DNA of 64,000 nt, taken from contig OX597830.1 of the NCBI GenBank assembly GCA_951406725.2, positions 21,700,001-21,764,000 on the forward strand. Direction: 5' to 3'. The notes beneath the pieces were generated by a model, which was not told where the DNA came from, did not search any database, and saw only the letters and a list, made by a program, of their open reading frames with translations. Below, one piece after another: positions 1-15,411 of the stretch (position 1 is the stretch's first letter; each line of letters opens with the position of its first letter). Origin of the DNA: Octopus vulgaris (Eukaryota). The position numbers and the translations under genes are program-made.

Positions 1-155
1 TTAATGCTAACTAACATCCAGCAAAGCAATCCATTTCCTATATATATACCTGCTACTCAGCAAACGCGCACACACACACACACTCACATACACACACGCA
101 CGCACACACATGTTCACACACACGGACACACAAACACATAACATATACACATACG

Positions 156-195
<40 letters not shown>

Positions 196-295
196 GAAAC
201 GCATACATAAATATCCACTCATAGCTGATGCTAACGTTCAGCGAAAGAATCCATGTATTCTATACCTGCTACTCAGCGGACAGTCACACAGTAGG

Positions 296-357
<62 letters not shown>

Positions 358-517
358 ACAGATGCATACATATACACAGAGACGCATACACATGCACACA
401 ACTAATACTAACATCCAGCAATGCAATCCATACATACCTGCCACACACACACACATACACACACACACACGCACACACACACACGCACACACGCACTATT
501 TCACTAACACACACACA

Positions 518-572
<55 letters not shown>

Positions 573-827
573 ATATACAAACACACAGACATCTCTCAGA
601 AACATATACACGCCATCCATCGATCCAGGCCGGTCTCTCGGTCTTTTCCATCGATCCAGGAGGCAAGCCGGCAGGCAGCCAGCGTTGTCATGACAACCAC
701 TACTACGTCTCAGTAAACGCAACCATTTTTCCTCACTTCGGGACATCACAAACGATGATCCAGAATGTTGTCGGACTGTAACTGTGTAACTCTTACAAAC
801 GTCTTCACACCGCTCACCGCACACGCA

Positions 828-889
<62 letters not shown>

Positions 890-1084
890 TACGCTATTCC
901 ACTCACACACAGACACACACATATGCATGCGCATACACACATACACATATACTGTCCTACCTAGCTCCTCCTACTGACCTCACCTCCACACGCATTCACG
1001 CACACACACTCACACACACACATACACACACATAGACGAGCGCGCGAATCAACGAGAGGAGATCCTCTACGAGGTCACTGGGCC

Positions 1085-1700
1085 TGCTAAAGATAGTAGC
1101 CAAATCTCCCTCGAATCAAACCGCAGTTGTACACTGTTAAAGATGGTAGCCAAATCTCCCTCGAATCAAACCGCAGTTGTACACTGCTAAAGATGGTAAC
1201 CAAATCTCCATCGAATCAAACCGCAGTTACACACTCTCCTAAAGATAGTAACCAAATCTCCCTCGACTCAAACCGCAGTTACACACTGCTAAAGATGGTA
1301 GCCAAATCTCCCTCGACTCAAACCGCAGTTACACACTCTCCTAAAGATAGTAACCAAATCTTCCTTGAATCAAACCGCAGTTACACACTGCTAAAGATGA
1401 TAGCCAAATCTCCCTCGAATCAAACTGCTGTCACTAATCCACCTAAAGATAGCAACCAAATTTCCCTCGAATCAAACCGTTGTCATTCACCCAGCTGAAG
1501 GCAGTAGCCAAATCTCACTCAAATGAAACCGCAGTCACTCACCCCGCTAAAGATAGCAGTCAAATCTTCCTCGTATCAAACCGCTGTCGTTCACCCTACT
1601 AAAGGCAACAGCCAAATCTCCCTCGTAACAAACTGCACTCAGTCAGTCATTCAGCTTGCTAAATACAACAGTCAAATCTCCTTCAATTCAAAGCTTACCG
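1085..1700. repeat. Minisatellite, ~12 units of 50/52 bp (GCTAAAGATRGTAGCCAAATCTCCCTCGAATCAAACCGCAGTT...) expanded inside a dispersed repeat
   Basis: Anchor CAAAT(C/T) recurs at 1101, 1151, 1201, 1253, 1303, 1355, 1405, 1457, 1509, 1561, 1613, 1673. Single copies of a related motif (GCTAGAAAYAGCAGYCAAATCTCC) occur at ~47245, ~51853 and ~53085. Confidence 0.95.
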
Positions 1701-2124
1701 TCTTTAAGAAGGAGGGGACATATGTTAGGTAAAGTATGGTTCTGGTTGTCCTAAAAAAGATGGTGATAGTCATGGCTGGAACGAGCTTGATCAAAGCAAT
1801 GTGTGATCATGGTTGAGCTGGAGCTAAACAACACACACACATACACACACACACACATCATTACGCACATACTCTCATCATATCTGCGTATATATTAATG
1901 CATACACATGCTCTCTCACAAACTCAACTTTCCTGACATTATCTCCCCCTCTCTATTTATCTATCTATCTATCTCTCACTCTCTCCTCTCTTTTTATCAC
2001 ACTGTCCGTCTTCCTCATCGTCTTTTTCTCTCCTTATCCCTCTCTTACCATATCTCTCTCTCCTTCCCACTCCTCACTCCCTCTCTCTTCCTCCCCTCTC
2101 GTATTCATCACCCCAACTCCAACC

Positions 2125-2161
<37 letters not shown>

Positions 2162-2175
2162 AACACACATATATG

Positions 2176-2244
<69 letters not shown>

Positions 2245-2301
2245 CATACATACATACATATATATATTTATATATATATATATATATATATATACATACA
2301 T

Positions 2302-2347
<46 letters not shown>

Positions 2348-2350
2348 TAT

Positions 2351-2415
<65 letters not shown>

Positions 2416-2466
2416 CAAACAGTATAAATTACCAATTCATCCATATAAATATAACTCAGTTTTCTT

Positions 2467-2498
<32 letters not shown>

Positions 2499-2634
2499 CT
2501 TCCTCCCTCCCGCTCTTTCCCTCCTTTATCTCTCTCTCTCTCTCTATCTCGATATACAACCAATCCATCTGTCCATCAATCCATCCAGCACTCCCTCTCA
2601 CTTTCTCTCTCACACACTCCTCTCTCTCTCTCTT

Positions 2635-2679
<45 letters not shown>

Positions 2680-2853
2680 TCCTCTCTGTAATCCATCTAC
2701 CTTTCTACCTATCTACCTAATGATATATCCATCTCTCTACTCACCTATTTATCCATCTATCTTACTAACTGTCAACCAGTTCAGTCTTCCATATTTCAAT
2801 GAATATATCTATATTATGTGTTTCTGTATCTGTGTGTGTGTGTATTGTGTATT

Positions 2854-2884
<31 letters not shown>

Positions 2885-3132
2885 ATCTGTATGTGTGTGT
2901 CTGTTAAGTGTTGTGTGCGTTTGCTAATCCAGCGTTAGTCTACCTATCTAGCTATCTAACTTTCTCACGTGATACATATATATATATATATGTGTGTGTG
3001 TGTATGTGTATGTGTGTGTGTGTGTGTGCGTGTGTGTGTGTGTCTGTGTGTCTGTATATATATATATATTCAGATATATCTACATATATATTCATATGTA
3101 TATATGAATATATATATATGTACATATGTATA

Positions 3133-3163
<31 letters not shown>

Positions 3164-3253
3164 TTGTATTCACCTTTCTCACGTGATATATATACATATA
3201 TAGATAGACAGACAGACAGACATACATACATACATACATACAGACAGACAGAC

Positions 3254-3340
<87 letters not shown>

Positions 3341-3823
3341 CAGACAGATGTACGTGCGTATCTGCGAATGTATGCGTGTGCGCGCACATGTGAGATCATA
3401 GAATGAATAAAGTGTCCGAGGAAAGAAGTTGTGTTCTATATGTTTATACACGCCTATCTATATTTGTATCTATAGATGGATCTGTCCTAATCCCGTGCTG
3501 TATTCTTATCGATCCAGCCATACTTCGGCACACCGTTCCTCATCTTATCTAAACATCCATTTAACCGTGTATGCATATCTGTATATCTATCTAGTTACTC
3601 TTAATATTTGTTTCTCTGTATAATGATATATATCTATTTATTTACCTAGCCCATCCATCCATCTATCTATCTTATCTATCTATCTTATCTATCTATCCAT
3701 CTGTCTACCTTCCTATTTACCTACCTACCAACCTATCATTATATCTCTCTGTCCATTAACCTATCAATTGACTCAATCGCTCCTTGATCTGCCTCTCTAC
3801 CTATCACTCAGTAAACTAATCGG

Positions 3824-3887
<64 letters not shown>

Positions 3888-4199
3888 CCTACCTACCTAT
3901 CTATCTGTCTGTCTATCTATCTAACTCTCTGTCTATCTATCTATCTATCTATATATCTAACTAACTAACTAACTAACCTCCCATATTCCAGCCAATTAAT
4001 CGAATAATCCAATGTCATATGCATCTCTCTCCCCCTCCCCCTCTCTCTCTGTATATATATATATATATATATAATGACAATCTATCGGTTTATCTGTCTG
4101 ATTTATCTAACTATCTCTCATTATTTCTTTATAAACCTTTCAAACAATTCCCCCGTCCACTCAAACGATTATCTATCTATCTGTTCCTCGATCTATCTA

Positions 4200-4256
<57 letters not shown>

Positions 4257-4586
4257 CTCTATCTATCTCTATCTATCTATCTTAATCACAAACCATCCGA
4301 CAATCTATGTATCCTTCTCTACCTCTCTTTCTGTCTCCTCCCGCTTTCTCTCTCTCTCTCCTTCCCTTTCACTCTCCCATTGTATGAATGTGTGTGTGTG
4401 TGTGTATGTGTGTGTGTGTAAAGGGAGAGAGGGAGAGAGAGTCAACCGACAATCCCACGTATTCATCATTGTATTAATCCAACCCTCTGACTATCTATAT
4501 ATGTATCTTCCTATCTTTATTCTTATCTATATATCTATCTTTCTTCCTATCTCCCTATCTGCCCCCTTATCTGTCTGTCTATCTAT

Positions 4587-4663
<77 letters not shown>

Positions 4664-5072
4664 AACCCATCTATCCATAAAACCCATCACCAATCGATGT
4701 ACCCCCAACCGCCATCCAACTCTCCAGCCTCAAATTTTAGAGCCAGAAATCTAATTAACAATAACCGCAAGAACTTTGAAAGAAAAACAAGCATTAAATA
4801 TATAGGCAATAAAATACACACGCACACACACACACATACACACACACACACACACGCACGCATACACATTCATACACACATAGATACAGACAGATACACA
4901 TATACATATGCATACATAAATATATATATTCACAAATGAATATTCGAACATATATATGTATATATGTATACATGTATCTATAAATGTATTCAATATGTAT
5001 ATATATATGAATGCATATATACATACATGCATACAAATATATATATATATATATATATTTATACATATATAA

Positions 5073-5123
<51 letters not shown>

Positions 5124-5230
5124 TTCATATATATATATATATACATATTGAATACATATCGCTCTCTCTCTCTCTCTCTCTATGTATATGTTTATGCATG
5201 TATGTGTGTGTATGTGTGTGTGTTTGTTTG

Positions 5231-5311
<81 letters not shown>

Positions 5312-5603
5312 ATTGTACATTATATGTAATTTCATTTGTTTATTTAATTTCTCGGCCATCATTTCATCCATTCCGAATTAAACATGTACAAGTATTTAGA
5401 AGTGCTTAGCAATAGTGGTGGGAATGGATTCAGCTAATAGCATTAATTTCCAAGTAAGATATAACAACAGTGCAATCGGTGACTACAGCAAAGGGAGACA
5501 CAAAGAGAGGCAGACAGACAGGCACAGAGAGAGCGAAAGTGAAAGTGAAACTGAAAGACAAAAATGGAAGGTCTAGAGAAGAAAACTGGAGAGAGAGAGA
5601 GTG

Positions 5604-5645
<42 letters not shown>

Positions 5646-5858
5646 GAAGAAGGAAGAAAGTCAAAAAGGGAATGAGAGACATGCATGACCTTGCAAAAAT
5701 ATACAATTTGTTTTGTTTTTCTTAGGGTGTAGGAGGGGTTAGAATAAAAAAAAAAGATTTCGCGGGAAAACTATAGAAAATTTTTGCTGATCTCCCTGCA
5801 GTTTCGTGAGGCGAAATTAATAGCGAATGTTTTGTGTGTGTGTATACATACATATCAT

Positions 5859-5916
<58 letters not shown>

Positions 5917-6203
5917 TATCATATATTTTATATATGTAGATATATCATATTTATAGGTACACACATATATATATATGTATGTTTGTGTGTGTATGTGTGT
6001 CTATATATATAAACATGCACTTGCGTGTACACGCAAACGTACATACACATATAGGTGTCTGCATGTATATAGCTACATGCATAGTTAAAGGTACATGTAT
6101 TATATTTACACATATTTCTGCTGCTTGCAAAATCTATATATTTAGTTATATAGCTTTTCATATTCGCGCATGACTAGAGTTATACATATGCGTGTGTGTG
6201 TGC

Positions 6204-6277
<74 letters not shown>

Positions 6278-6623
6278 GTGTGACTATATTTGTACCAATA
6301 CTTCAGTGTATACTTATATAACCAACGTAAAAATATCACACACACATACACACCTACAAGCATGTGTATGTATGTATGTATGTATGTATGTATGTATTAA
6401 TGTATGTATGTGTAAATGAAGAGGGTTAAAAATGGATGTAAAAGAGGCTTGTATAGACATAATAGAGGGATAAAGAAAAGGGACAAGATATGAAGAGGGA
6501 GATTAAATATATAGAGAGAATGTGTAAAATATTAATATAATGGAGGAGGAAGAGAGCAAGGCTGAGAGTGAGGAAGAGGAATATAGGTGAGTTTGTGAGT
6601 TTGTGTGTGTGTGTGTGTGTGAG

Positions 6624-6654
<31 letters not shown>

Positions 6655-6804
6655 GTCTGTGTATACATATATATATATATATAAATATACACAGATAGAA
6701 AGGTAGATAGAGAGAGAGAGAGAGAGAGAGAGAAAGTGGGAGAGACGTAGATTGGTAGACAGACAGACAGACAGACAGACAGACGGGTAGGTAGGTAGGT
6801 AGGT

Positions 6805-6862
<58 letters not shown>

Positions 6863-7097
6863 GTTGATGGATTGATGAAACTTGGTAAAAAGTGGAAAGA
6901 ATATAAAAGAATGAGAAACACAGACATGGATGGTCAGAGAGGGAGAGAGCGAGAGAGAGAGACAGAGAGACAGAGAGACAGAGAGACAGAGACAGACAGA
7001 GAGACAGACAGAGAGAAAATATACCTATACTAGACTGAAACCCAGCGACTATATGTACCTATCTCTACGTATGTATGTGCGTGTGTGCCTGAGTGTA

Positions 7098-7132
<35 letters not shown>

Positions 7133-7146
7133 AAGTGCACAACTAC

Positions 7147-7184
<38 letters not shown>

Positions 7185-7416
7185 CGAGGGACACAATAAG
7201 AGGTATGGTGAGAAATGGAAGGAATGAAGGCTCTCAAGTGATAGAAAGAAGCCCGAGAGAGAGAGAAGGCCAGTAGAAGAGAGATGTCCAGGTTAAGATA
7301 GATGTGATGAGCGAAAGAAAGGCGGAAAGCGAGGAAGACTCTGTATGAAAGTGAGACATAATAGGAAAAAGACAGAGAGAGAAGAAGAGACAGACAGATA
7401 GACAGAGTTATAGCGT

Positions 7417-7457
<41 letters not shown>

Positions 7458-7757
7458 GTATAGTCTATGTGAATTACAATGATGTAAAATCTCAGTTATA
7501 TAAATATTAAAACAAAAAAAAAAATGCAAAAATATAACAAAAGATACGTAAAGAAAAAAAAAACACGTATTTTCTTGTATTTTTTATTGTTTTGTTATTG
7601 TTGTTGTTGTTGTTGTTCTTCTTCTTCTTCTTCTACTTCTGAAAAGAAACAATAAAAGAAATAATGTTTGGTGAGAATAAATATGTATAGGTATATGAGT
7701 GTGTATATGTGTGTGTATATGCGTGTGTGTGCGTATATGTATGTGTGTATGTACATC

Positions 7758-7792
<35 letters not shown>

Positions 7793-7828
7793 ACGCATAA
7801 TATATATATATATATACATATATATATG

Positions 7829-7860
<32 letters not shown>

Positions 7861-7886
7861 CATACATACATACATATGTATATATA

Positions 7887-7938
<52 letters not shown>

Positions 7939-7974
7939 TGCAGACATACCTATGTGATATATACATATACGTAT

Positions 7975-8022
<48 letters not shown>

Positions 8023-8071
8023 ATGTATGTATACATGTATACATACACATATGCATCTACATACACATACA

Positions 8072-8107
<36 letters not shown>

Positions 8108-8303
8108 TATGTATATGTATTTCTACACATATATATACATACACGCGCGCGCGCGATTTTTTTCTTTTTGATTTTTCAATTATGCTGAGGTTGGAGATGA
8201 AGGTGGGGGGAGAAGAGAAGACAGGGATGGGGTATTCACTTATACACATATATATATATATATATATATTTTTTTTTGTTTTAATTTTTATTCTTACTTT
8301 CAT

Positions 8304-8334
<31 letters not shown>

Positions 8335-8942
8335 TGTATTCATTTATTTTGGTCTTCTTGTTTACTGTGTTTGTTTGTTTGTTTGTTGTTCATTGTCTGT
8401 GATGATGAAATCAAAAATTGATTGTGCAAATTTTTGTCCTTAGAACGGATTCTTGCGGTAGCTGCGGTTACATGGAGGGGGGGTGGGGTGATGAAGTTCT
8501 CTCGCTCTTAGAATTTCTCTGGAGCTGGGGTGGTTTGTTTTTTTTATTGTTGTACGCTGTTGTTCTTCTTCTTGTTATTGTTGTTGCTTTATCTTGTTGT
8601 TGATGTTGGTTTTGGTCTGATGGTGGTGGTGGTAGTGGTACTGGTGGTGGTGGTGGTGGTGGTGGTGGTGGTGGTGGTGGTAGTGGTACTGGTGGTGGTG
8701 GTGGTTGTGGTGGTGGTGGTGGTGGTGGTGGTGGTGTTGGTGGTGGTTGTGATAGCGGTGGCCTCGGTTTTTGTTTCTGAGTGTATATATGTATGTACGT
8801 ATATATATTGTTCCATGTTTATAAGCTTGTGTGTATGTATATATGTATGTATCTATGCATGTATGTATATATGTATGCATATATATATATATATTTACAA
8901 ATGTCTATCTATGTCTATGTATGTATGCTTGTACTTGGTATA

Positions 8943-9016
<74 letters not shown>

Positions 9017-9235
9017 TATATATAGATACATATATATGTATGTATGTATGTATGCATATATATAAACGAGAGTGTGTGTATGTGTGTGGCTGTGTGTGTG
9101 CGCGCATGCGTGCGTTTGAAAAAAAACACGAACAGAACCAAAAGAACAATGCAAATTATCGTTAGATGTATCAAGGTTGTTTTTTTTTACCAAAAGAGAA
9201 CATACTAGCAACTAGCACCTCCCCACACACAAATC

Positions 9236-9267
<32 letters not shown>

Positions 9268-9460
9268 GACAGCAATTATGTATATTATAGATATACATGT
9301 ATACAGACATATGTATATGCTATAATATATATGATATATATATATATATATATATATAAATATAAATACATTTAGCTACATAAGGAATGTATACACCTTA
9401 TGATAAATTGATATACAATACGTAGGTATATATATATATATATATATATATATGTAAATA

Positions 9461-9516
<56 letters not shown>

Positions 9517-9682
9517 GTATATATATGTATGTATGTATGTATGTATAGATAAATGTATGCGTATGTATGTATGAGGGTGTGCATGTGTATGTATTTATGT
9601 ATGTTTGTATGTATAACTGTAGATATACGGATGTGCATAAACATATACATAAACAAACAAATACACACGCACATATACACAC

Positions 9683-9728
<46 letters not shown>

Positions 9729-10048
9729 TTACTATATCAGATATGTAAGCGCGTGCGTGCGTATATGTATAACTTCTTTATTTGTAACTTTAAATACATT
9801 TATATGTATGTAATGTGTGTGTGTGCACACATTAGCATGTAGATAAAAATATTTTTGACGCACATTTAAATATATAAAATATACATGCACGCTTAAATAC
9901 TTTTGAAAAAAACCAGGATATGAATAAATATTTAGATGCATAGGTAGATACATACAGACCACTATATCTGGTGTACGTCGGAATACATATGGATGAATAT
10001 GGTGGGATGGAGGAATGGATGGACGGATGGATTGTGTGTGTATGTGTG

Positions 10049-10125
<77 letters not shown>

Positions 10126-10239
10126 GCACATATATATATACACACATATATATATATTAAATATATATATATATATATTAAATAAATAAATAATATAATA
10201 TATATATATATTATATTATTCATACACACACACACACGC

Positions 10240-10277
<38 letters not shown>

Positions 10278-10353
10278 ACATAAATACAGTTACATACATA
10301 CATAGACAGACAGAGGGACAGACAGACTGGCATATATACATACATACATACAT

Positions 10354-10386
<33 letters not shown>

Positions 10387-10398
10387 TAGATAGATAGG

Positions 10399-10481
<83 letters not shown>

Positions 10482-10827
10482 GTGGGCTATGTATGCGGCT
10501 ATGTACGTATGTGTGTATCAGCAAGTATGTATGCATATATCTACAAGCGTATATATTGATGCGTGGATATATATATATGCGCGCATACTTACACTCCTCT
10601 TCAGAAATATATGTTTACTGGCAACATTGATGTATATATTAGACAACAATTTATAAATGTATATATGAATACATTCACACAGTTATGTAGATATCGAAAG
10701 ACACTCATAGTAATTCTCACAAGCAAACGTTTATACAGACATACGAGTATATATGTATATATGTATGTGAGAATGCGTCAACGCAATCCTATTTCCATAC
10801 AGAAAAGCGAAATTTCAATAGTTCTCA

Positions 10828-10896
<69 letters not shown>

Positions 10897-10898
<2 letters not shown>

Positions 10899-11068
10899 GT
10901 TGGCGATTTTCTTTCTCCGTCTTCCCTTCCTTGGACCTTTCCTTTTTCTAAGTTTCTGACGAAGAGCTCCGCTCGAAACGTTAAATCCTCCTTCTTTCTT
11001 TCCTTTCCTGAGCGTTCAATAACACTATACTTGTTCCACGTCCTCAGGTTGTGTGTTCATGTTTGGAT
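10897..11068 (+). mobile_element. Short HHR-bearing non-autonomous element, family A (PLE pLTR/retrozyme-like)
   Basis: GTTT-CTGACGA-A-GAGC-TCC-GCTC-GAAA-CG-TT-AAA at 10952-10985. Body similar to 15412-15624 and 43389-43601; flanked by (TG)n and (TA)n. Confidence 0.75.
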
Positions 11069-11676
11069 ATATATATATACATACATATATAATATAAATG
11101 CATATATATATATATACACACACACACATACACACACACACACACACTCACACACATGCTGAAATACATATACATATGTTAACAGATTATTCATGTATCA
11201 CGTTATGCTAACATTTGCAGTCAGAAGAGACCCGTAATGGCGGTCCGTTTCTGCAAGTATTAGTCAATAGAAAAGTTCGATAGAAAGTTCAATAGATGCG
11301 TTCAATAAATTCAATTGCCGTGAGGAGTGATGAATCTCACGTATCGATCCCCCAACAGATCGCTTTGTTTGTACACCATTTCCTTCTCAATCTTTTCTAC
11401 ACTCTCAGATGATGAGCAAGGACCCTAAAGGTTAGCTTCTTCACCCTTCACGGTAATTAAATTAATTGAGTTTTAGCTTAAGAGCCATTTTTGTCACATG
11501 CACGTTCCCTAAATCGACATAAACGAACATTAGGCACAGACATGGGTGCGCGTTAAGAAGCCCGGTTTTCAACCATGTGGTTTAGGTTCAATCCCATAAT
11601 TACTCCGGCTGACCAAAGCCTTGTGGACGGATTTGGTGGACGGAAACTGAAAGAAGCTCTCTGTATATATATATAT

Positions 11677-11890
11677 ACTCTTTTACTATTTTACTTGTTT
11701 CAGTCAGTTGACTGCGGCCATGCTGGAGCACCACCTTTAGTCGAGGAAATCGACTCCAGGACTTATTCTTTGTAAGCCAAGTACTTATTCTATCAGTCTC
11801 TTTTGCCGAACCGCTAAGTTACGGGGACGTAAACACACCAGCATTGGTTGTCAAGCGATGTTGTGGGGGGGAACAAACACAGACACACAC

Positions 11891-11927
<37 letters not shown>

Positions 11928-12084
11928 TATATATACAACGAGTTTCTTTCAGTTTCCGTCTACCAAATCCACTCACAAGGATTTGGTCGGCCCGAGGCTA
12001 TAGTAGAAGACACTTGCCCAAGGTGCCACTCAGTGGGACTGAACCCGAAACCATGTGGTTGGTAAGCAAGCAACTTGCCACACA

Positions 12085-12088
<4 letters not shown>
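11677..12088 (-). mobile_element. tRNA-derived SINE family S1 (CORE-like ACCTTGGGCAAGT segment, internal microsatellite)
   Basis: Reverse complement of the S1 pattern seen full length at 52210-52664 and 28800-29262: A/B-box head, internal (CA)n, tail TGACTGAAACAAGTAAAA. Confidence 0.9.
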
Positions 12089-12121
<33 letters not shown>

Positions 12122-12125
<4 letters not shown>

Positions 12126-12323
12126 CGAGAAGCTTTATGAAAATAAACAAAAGACGAAGGCAGGTGGAGTACAAAAAAACAATTGTATTAGTATGGCGCT
12201 CAAGAATATAAATAAAACAAGTCTTTTACGTTTCGAGCCTACGCTCTTCAACAGAAAGATACACAGAAAAGAAACACGGGAGAAACAAGGAGAGAAAAAA
12301 AATGCTTGCAGAAGCTAGCGAAT

Positions 12324-12328
<5 letters not shown>
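12122..12328 (-). mobile_element. Short HHR-bearing element, family B
   Basis: Minus strand reads CTTT-CTGTTGA-A-GAGC-GTAG-GCTC-GAAA-CG-TA-AAAG (12223-12258); lies between two (TA)n tracts. Confidence 0.7.
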
Positions 12329-12367
<39 letters not shown>

Positions 12368-12656
12368 CGTCTGTGTGTGTCTTTGTGTTTGCATTTGTCC
12401 CCCATCACCACTTGACAACCGGTGTTGGTGCGTTTATATCCCTGTAAATTAGCGGTTCGGCAAAGTACCAGGCTTTTTACAAAATAAGTACTGTGATCGA
12501 TTTGTTCGACGAAACTCTTCAAGGCGGTACCCCTGTAACTCTAATTGTAAGTTGGGTTTTGAGAACTAGAGTAATAAAACAACATAACCCACCGGATTCT
12601 AGCGAAGAAGAAAAAAGAACTCGTAACTCGTTTTACTTGGATAAGAGTTGTATTAT

Positions 12657-12697
<41 letters not shown>

Positions 12698-13272
12698 TCT
12701 GTTCGACAAAAGGTTCGAGCGAAGACGCGCACATGGTAGAGAGACTGACGTCCAGGAACGCGACAGGTTGAACGTCATGTTCATGTGCTAAAAAGCTATT
12801 GGTTAACAGATCTCTAACACCCTATATGGTCGCTGTCCAATCATTGAAGCAAATAAAAGCTAAAAGATTACCCCCCCCCTTTTTTTTCACTCCCACCTAC
12901 AATTACTTAAAACGATGTTTACCATAAAAAGATCCAATGGAAATTAACAAAGGATAGGGTTAGACAATTTGCCATCTTTAATAAAATTAAGATGGCTTCC
13001 AAATTTTTAAACATCATAGCGAAAAAATAAGAATTACATGAATAGAAATAAAACCTATTTTGTCCCTCCATTAATAAAGAAGGGTGGGGTGCCAAAATAT
13101 TTCAATACTGTGTGGTAGGTGGGATGATGTGGATGGCACGTGACAGTTTGAGAATCACTCACTCAGGGGACCTTCATTTTTCCAATTTTTCAATATCCTA
13201 GACAATATTTTTTATCAAATGACTATATCCGCCATTGAATCAATTTTGTTGTTTCTCTTAAAGTTGTTTCTG

Positions 13273-13304
<32 letters not shown>

Positions 13305-13566
13305 CTGTTCTTGCTGTAGTTGTTGTTGTGTTGCTTTTGTTGCTGTGTTGTTGTCGTTGTTGTTATTGTGTTATTGCTGTTGTTGTTGTTGTTGTTGTTG
13401 CGTAACCTCGGTCCGCTGCGGTCGAGTAGACCTGTGGCAGTGGATGTTGTGCCCTTATCGCTGTTGTTTAGCCCCCGGTCACCACTGATCAGTTAAAAGT
13501 ATGATAACAGAAGTGCTGTTATTGTTGTTGTCGTTAGTGGTGGCAGTGGTGGTGCAGCAACGCCTG

Positions 13567-13703
<137 letters not shown>

Positions 13704-13968
13704 AATTATATATAACAAGAGCGCTTTTCTTAAAAGCACCACCTTTGCTAAAAATTGGAGTCAAAACACTCCAAAACCACAAAAGTTAACACTATATTTT
13801 CACAGGCATGGTTGGGAAAGAATTAAGTAAAATAAGGATTGTGTCTTACCTCTGCAAATTTGCAAGAAGGAAAGTCTGTTCACTTGATATCAGGATTTCG
13901 AATTTCGCGACCAAAACATGCTTGATTCTCCTCAGTCAAGTCCACTAGCAACAAACTCTTATAATATA

Positions 13969-14201
13969 AGTATTTCTTTACTACCCACAAGGGGCTAAAC
14001 ACAGAGGGAACAAACAAGGACAGACAAACGGATTAAGTCAATTATATCGATCCCAGTGCGTAACTGGTACTTATTTAATCGACCCCGAAAGGATGAAAGG
14101 CAAAGTCGACCTCGGCGGAATTTGAACTCACAACGTAACGACAGACGAAATACGGCTACGCATTTCGCCCGGCGTGCTAACGATTCTGCCAGCTCGCCGC
14201 C
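13969..14201 (-). mobile_element. tRNA-derived SINE family S2 (Meta-domain-like) with probable target-site duplication
   Basis: Head GGCGGCGAGCTGGCAGAATCGTTAGCAC...GAGTTCAAATTCC; central GCCTTTCATCCTTTCGGGGTCGATTAAATAAGTACCAG. ACTCTTATAATATA occurs on both sides (~13955 and ~14216). Confidence 0.9.
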
Positions 14202-14349
14202 ATCATAATATATCACTCTTATAATATATCACTTCAACAAATGCCTGTGTCCGGGTCAGTACCTAAAGCGCACAGAGAAAAAAAAAACGAACCAAGTGAA
14301 TACAAATTTTATTACGAAAATAAAGAACATTAATCCTCGTGAGATTTAT

Positions 14350-14725
14350 TAAAGTTAATGGCCGCAACATTAAGTATTCATTTGATTTGTTTGGGCTTTT
14401 TTCTCAGTGCACCATGGGCACTGAGACGAACTGAGACAGGCATTGGTTGCAGTGATATATAAGAGTTTGTTATAAGAGTTGTGACGGTGGGAAGTAATTG
14501 CTAGCAATTGATGGTCAGTCTGATTTGAATCTCTGTGGTTCCCCGACTGCTCCATCGCTGGAGGTCTGGCATTCTTAGGAAGACCATATCATCCATATTT
14601 TTGTATATTGCATGTAGTCTGTAGCTCAATTTTTTCATTTTCTCTCGTCAGGCTTTTGCGTAAACTTCCACATCACATTTGACCTGCCTTTGTGATGCCC
14701 ACCTTTTGTCCAATACTTGTACGGC
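14350..14725 (-). pseudogene. Possible heavily decayed restriction-like-endonuclease LINE 3' fragment, with an inverted partial copy at 13945-14305
   Basis: Weak peptide traces (ENEKIEL; MPVSVRLSAHGALRKK) resemble the ENE...IPVVVGALG tail of R4/NeSL-type LINEs. 14355-14480 is approximately the reverse complement of 13945-13968 plus 14216-14305. Confidence 0.35.
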
Positions 14726-15303
14726 AAATATGAAATCATCGTAATTATCATCATTGTCATCATCATAGTCATCATCACCATCATCATCACATCGTCATCG
14801 TCCTAATAATCATAGTCGTCATCAATATCCTCATCGTCTTCATCATCGTCATCATCATCATCATCAAAACAACATCATCGTCATCATTCTAATCATCATC
14901 GTCTTCATCATCATCATCATCAGCAGCAGCAGCAGCAGCATCATTATCATCATCATCAAAACAACATCATCGTCATCATTCTAATCATCATCGTCTTCAT
15001 CATCATCATCATCGTCGTCGTCGTCGTCATCAAAACAACATCACCGTCATCATTCTGATCAGCATCGTCTTTTTCATCAGCATCATCATCGTCGTCGTCG
15101 CCATCATCATCATCGTCATTATTACAACAACATCATCGTCATCATCATTATCGCTGTCGTCGTTATACATGTGTGTGTCTATGTATGTTTGTATGTACGT
15201 ATAAATATATCCGTAACAATTAGAAAATGACTCGCCATCCAAACTTCAGACATACGCACTTATATATAATATCAATGCAGTCTTCTCTGTTGATCCGTTG
15301 TGG

Positions 15304-15336
15304 TTTAGCATCTAAATGAATTTGGAACACCTCATG

Positions 15337-15378
<42 letters not shown>

Positions 15379-15411
15379 CATGAGGTGTTCCAAATTCATT
15401 TAGATGCTAAA
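15304..15411. repeat. Perfect 41-bp inverted repeat around a (TA)n centre
   Basis: TTTAGCATCTAAATGAATTTGGAACACCTCATGTATATAAT (15304-15344) and its exact reverse complement (15371-15411). Confidence 0.95.

Noticed and set aside
600-820. Non-repetitive GC-richer segment as a coding exon or miRNA precursor
   Set aside because: No recognisable peptide, convincing splice pair or clean hairpin. I recognised no conserved bilaterian miRNA here or elsewhere by eye, though a database search could still find one.
1085-1700. CRISPR or repeat-protein reading of the 50/52-bp array (ORF 1127-1498)
   Set aside because: The variable part is short and homologous between units, not a spacer. Single units shift frame and the unit derives from a dispersed repeat.
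13075-13165. Possible hAT MITE right end (TTTGAGAATCACT)
   Set aside because: No matching left TIR or target-site duplication was found.
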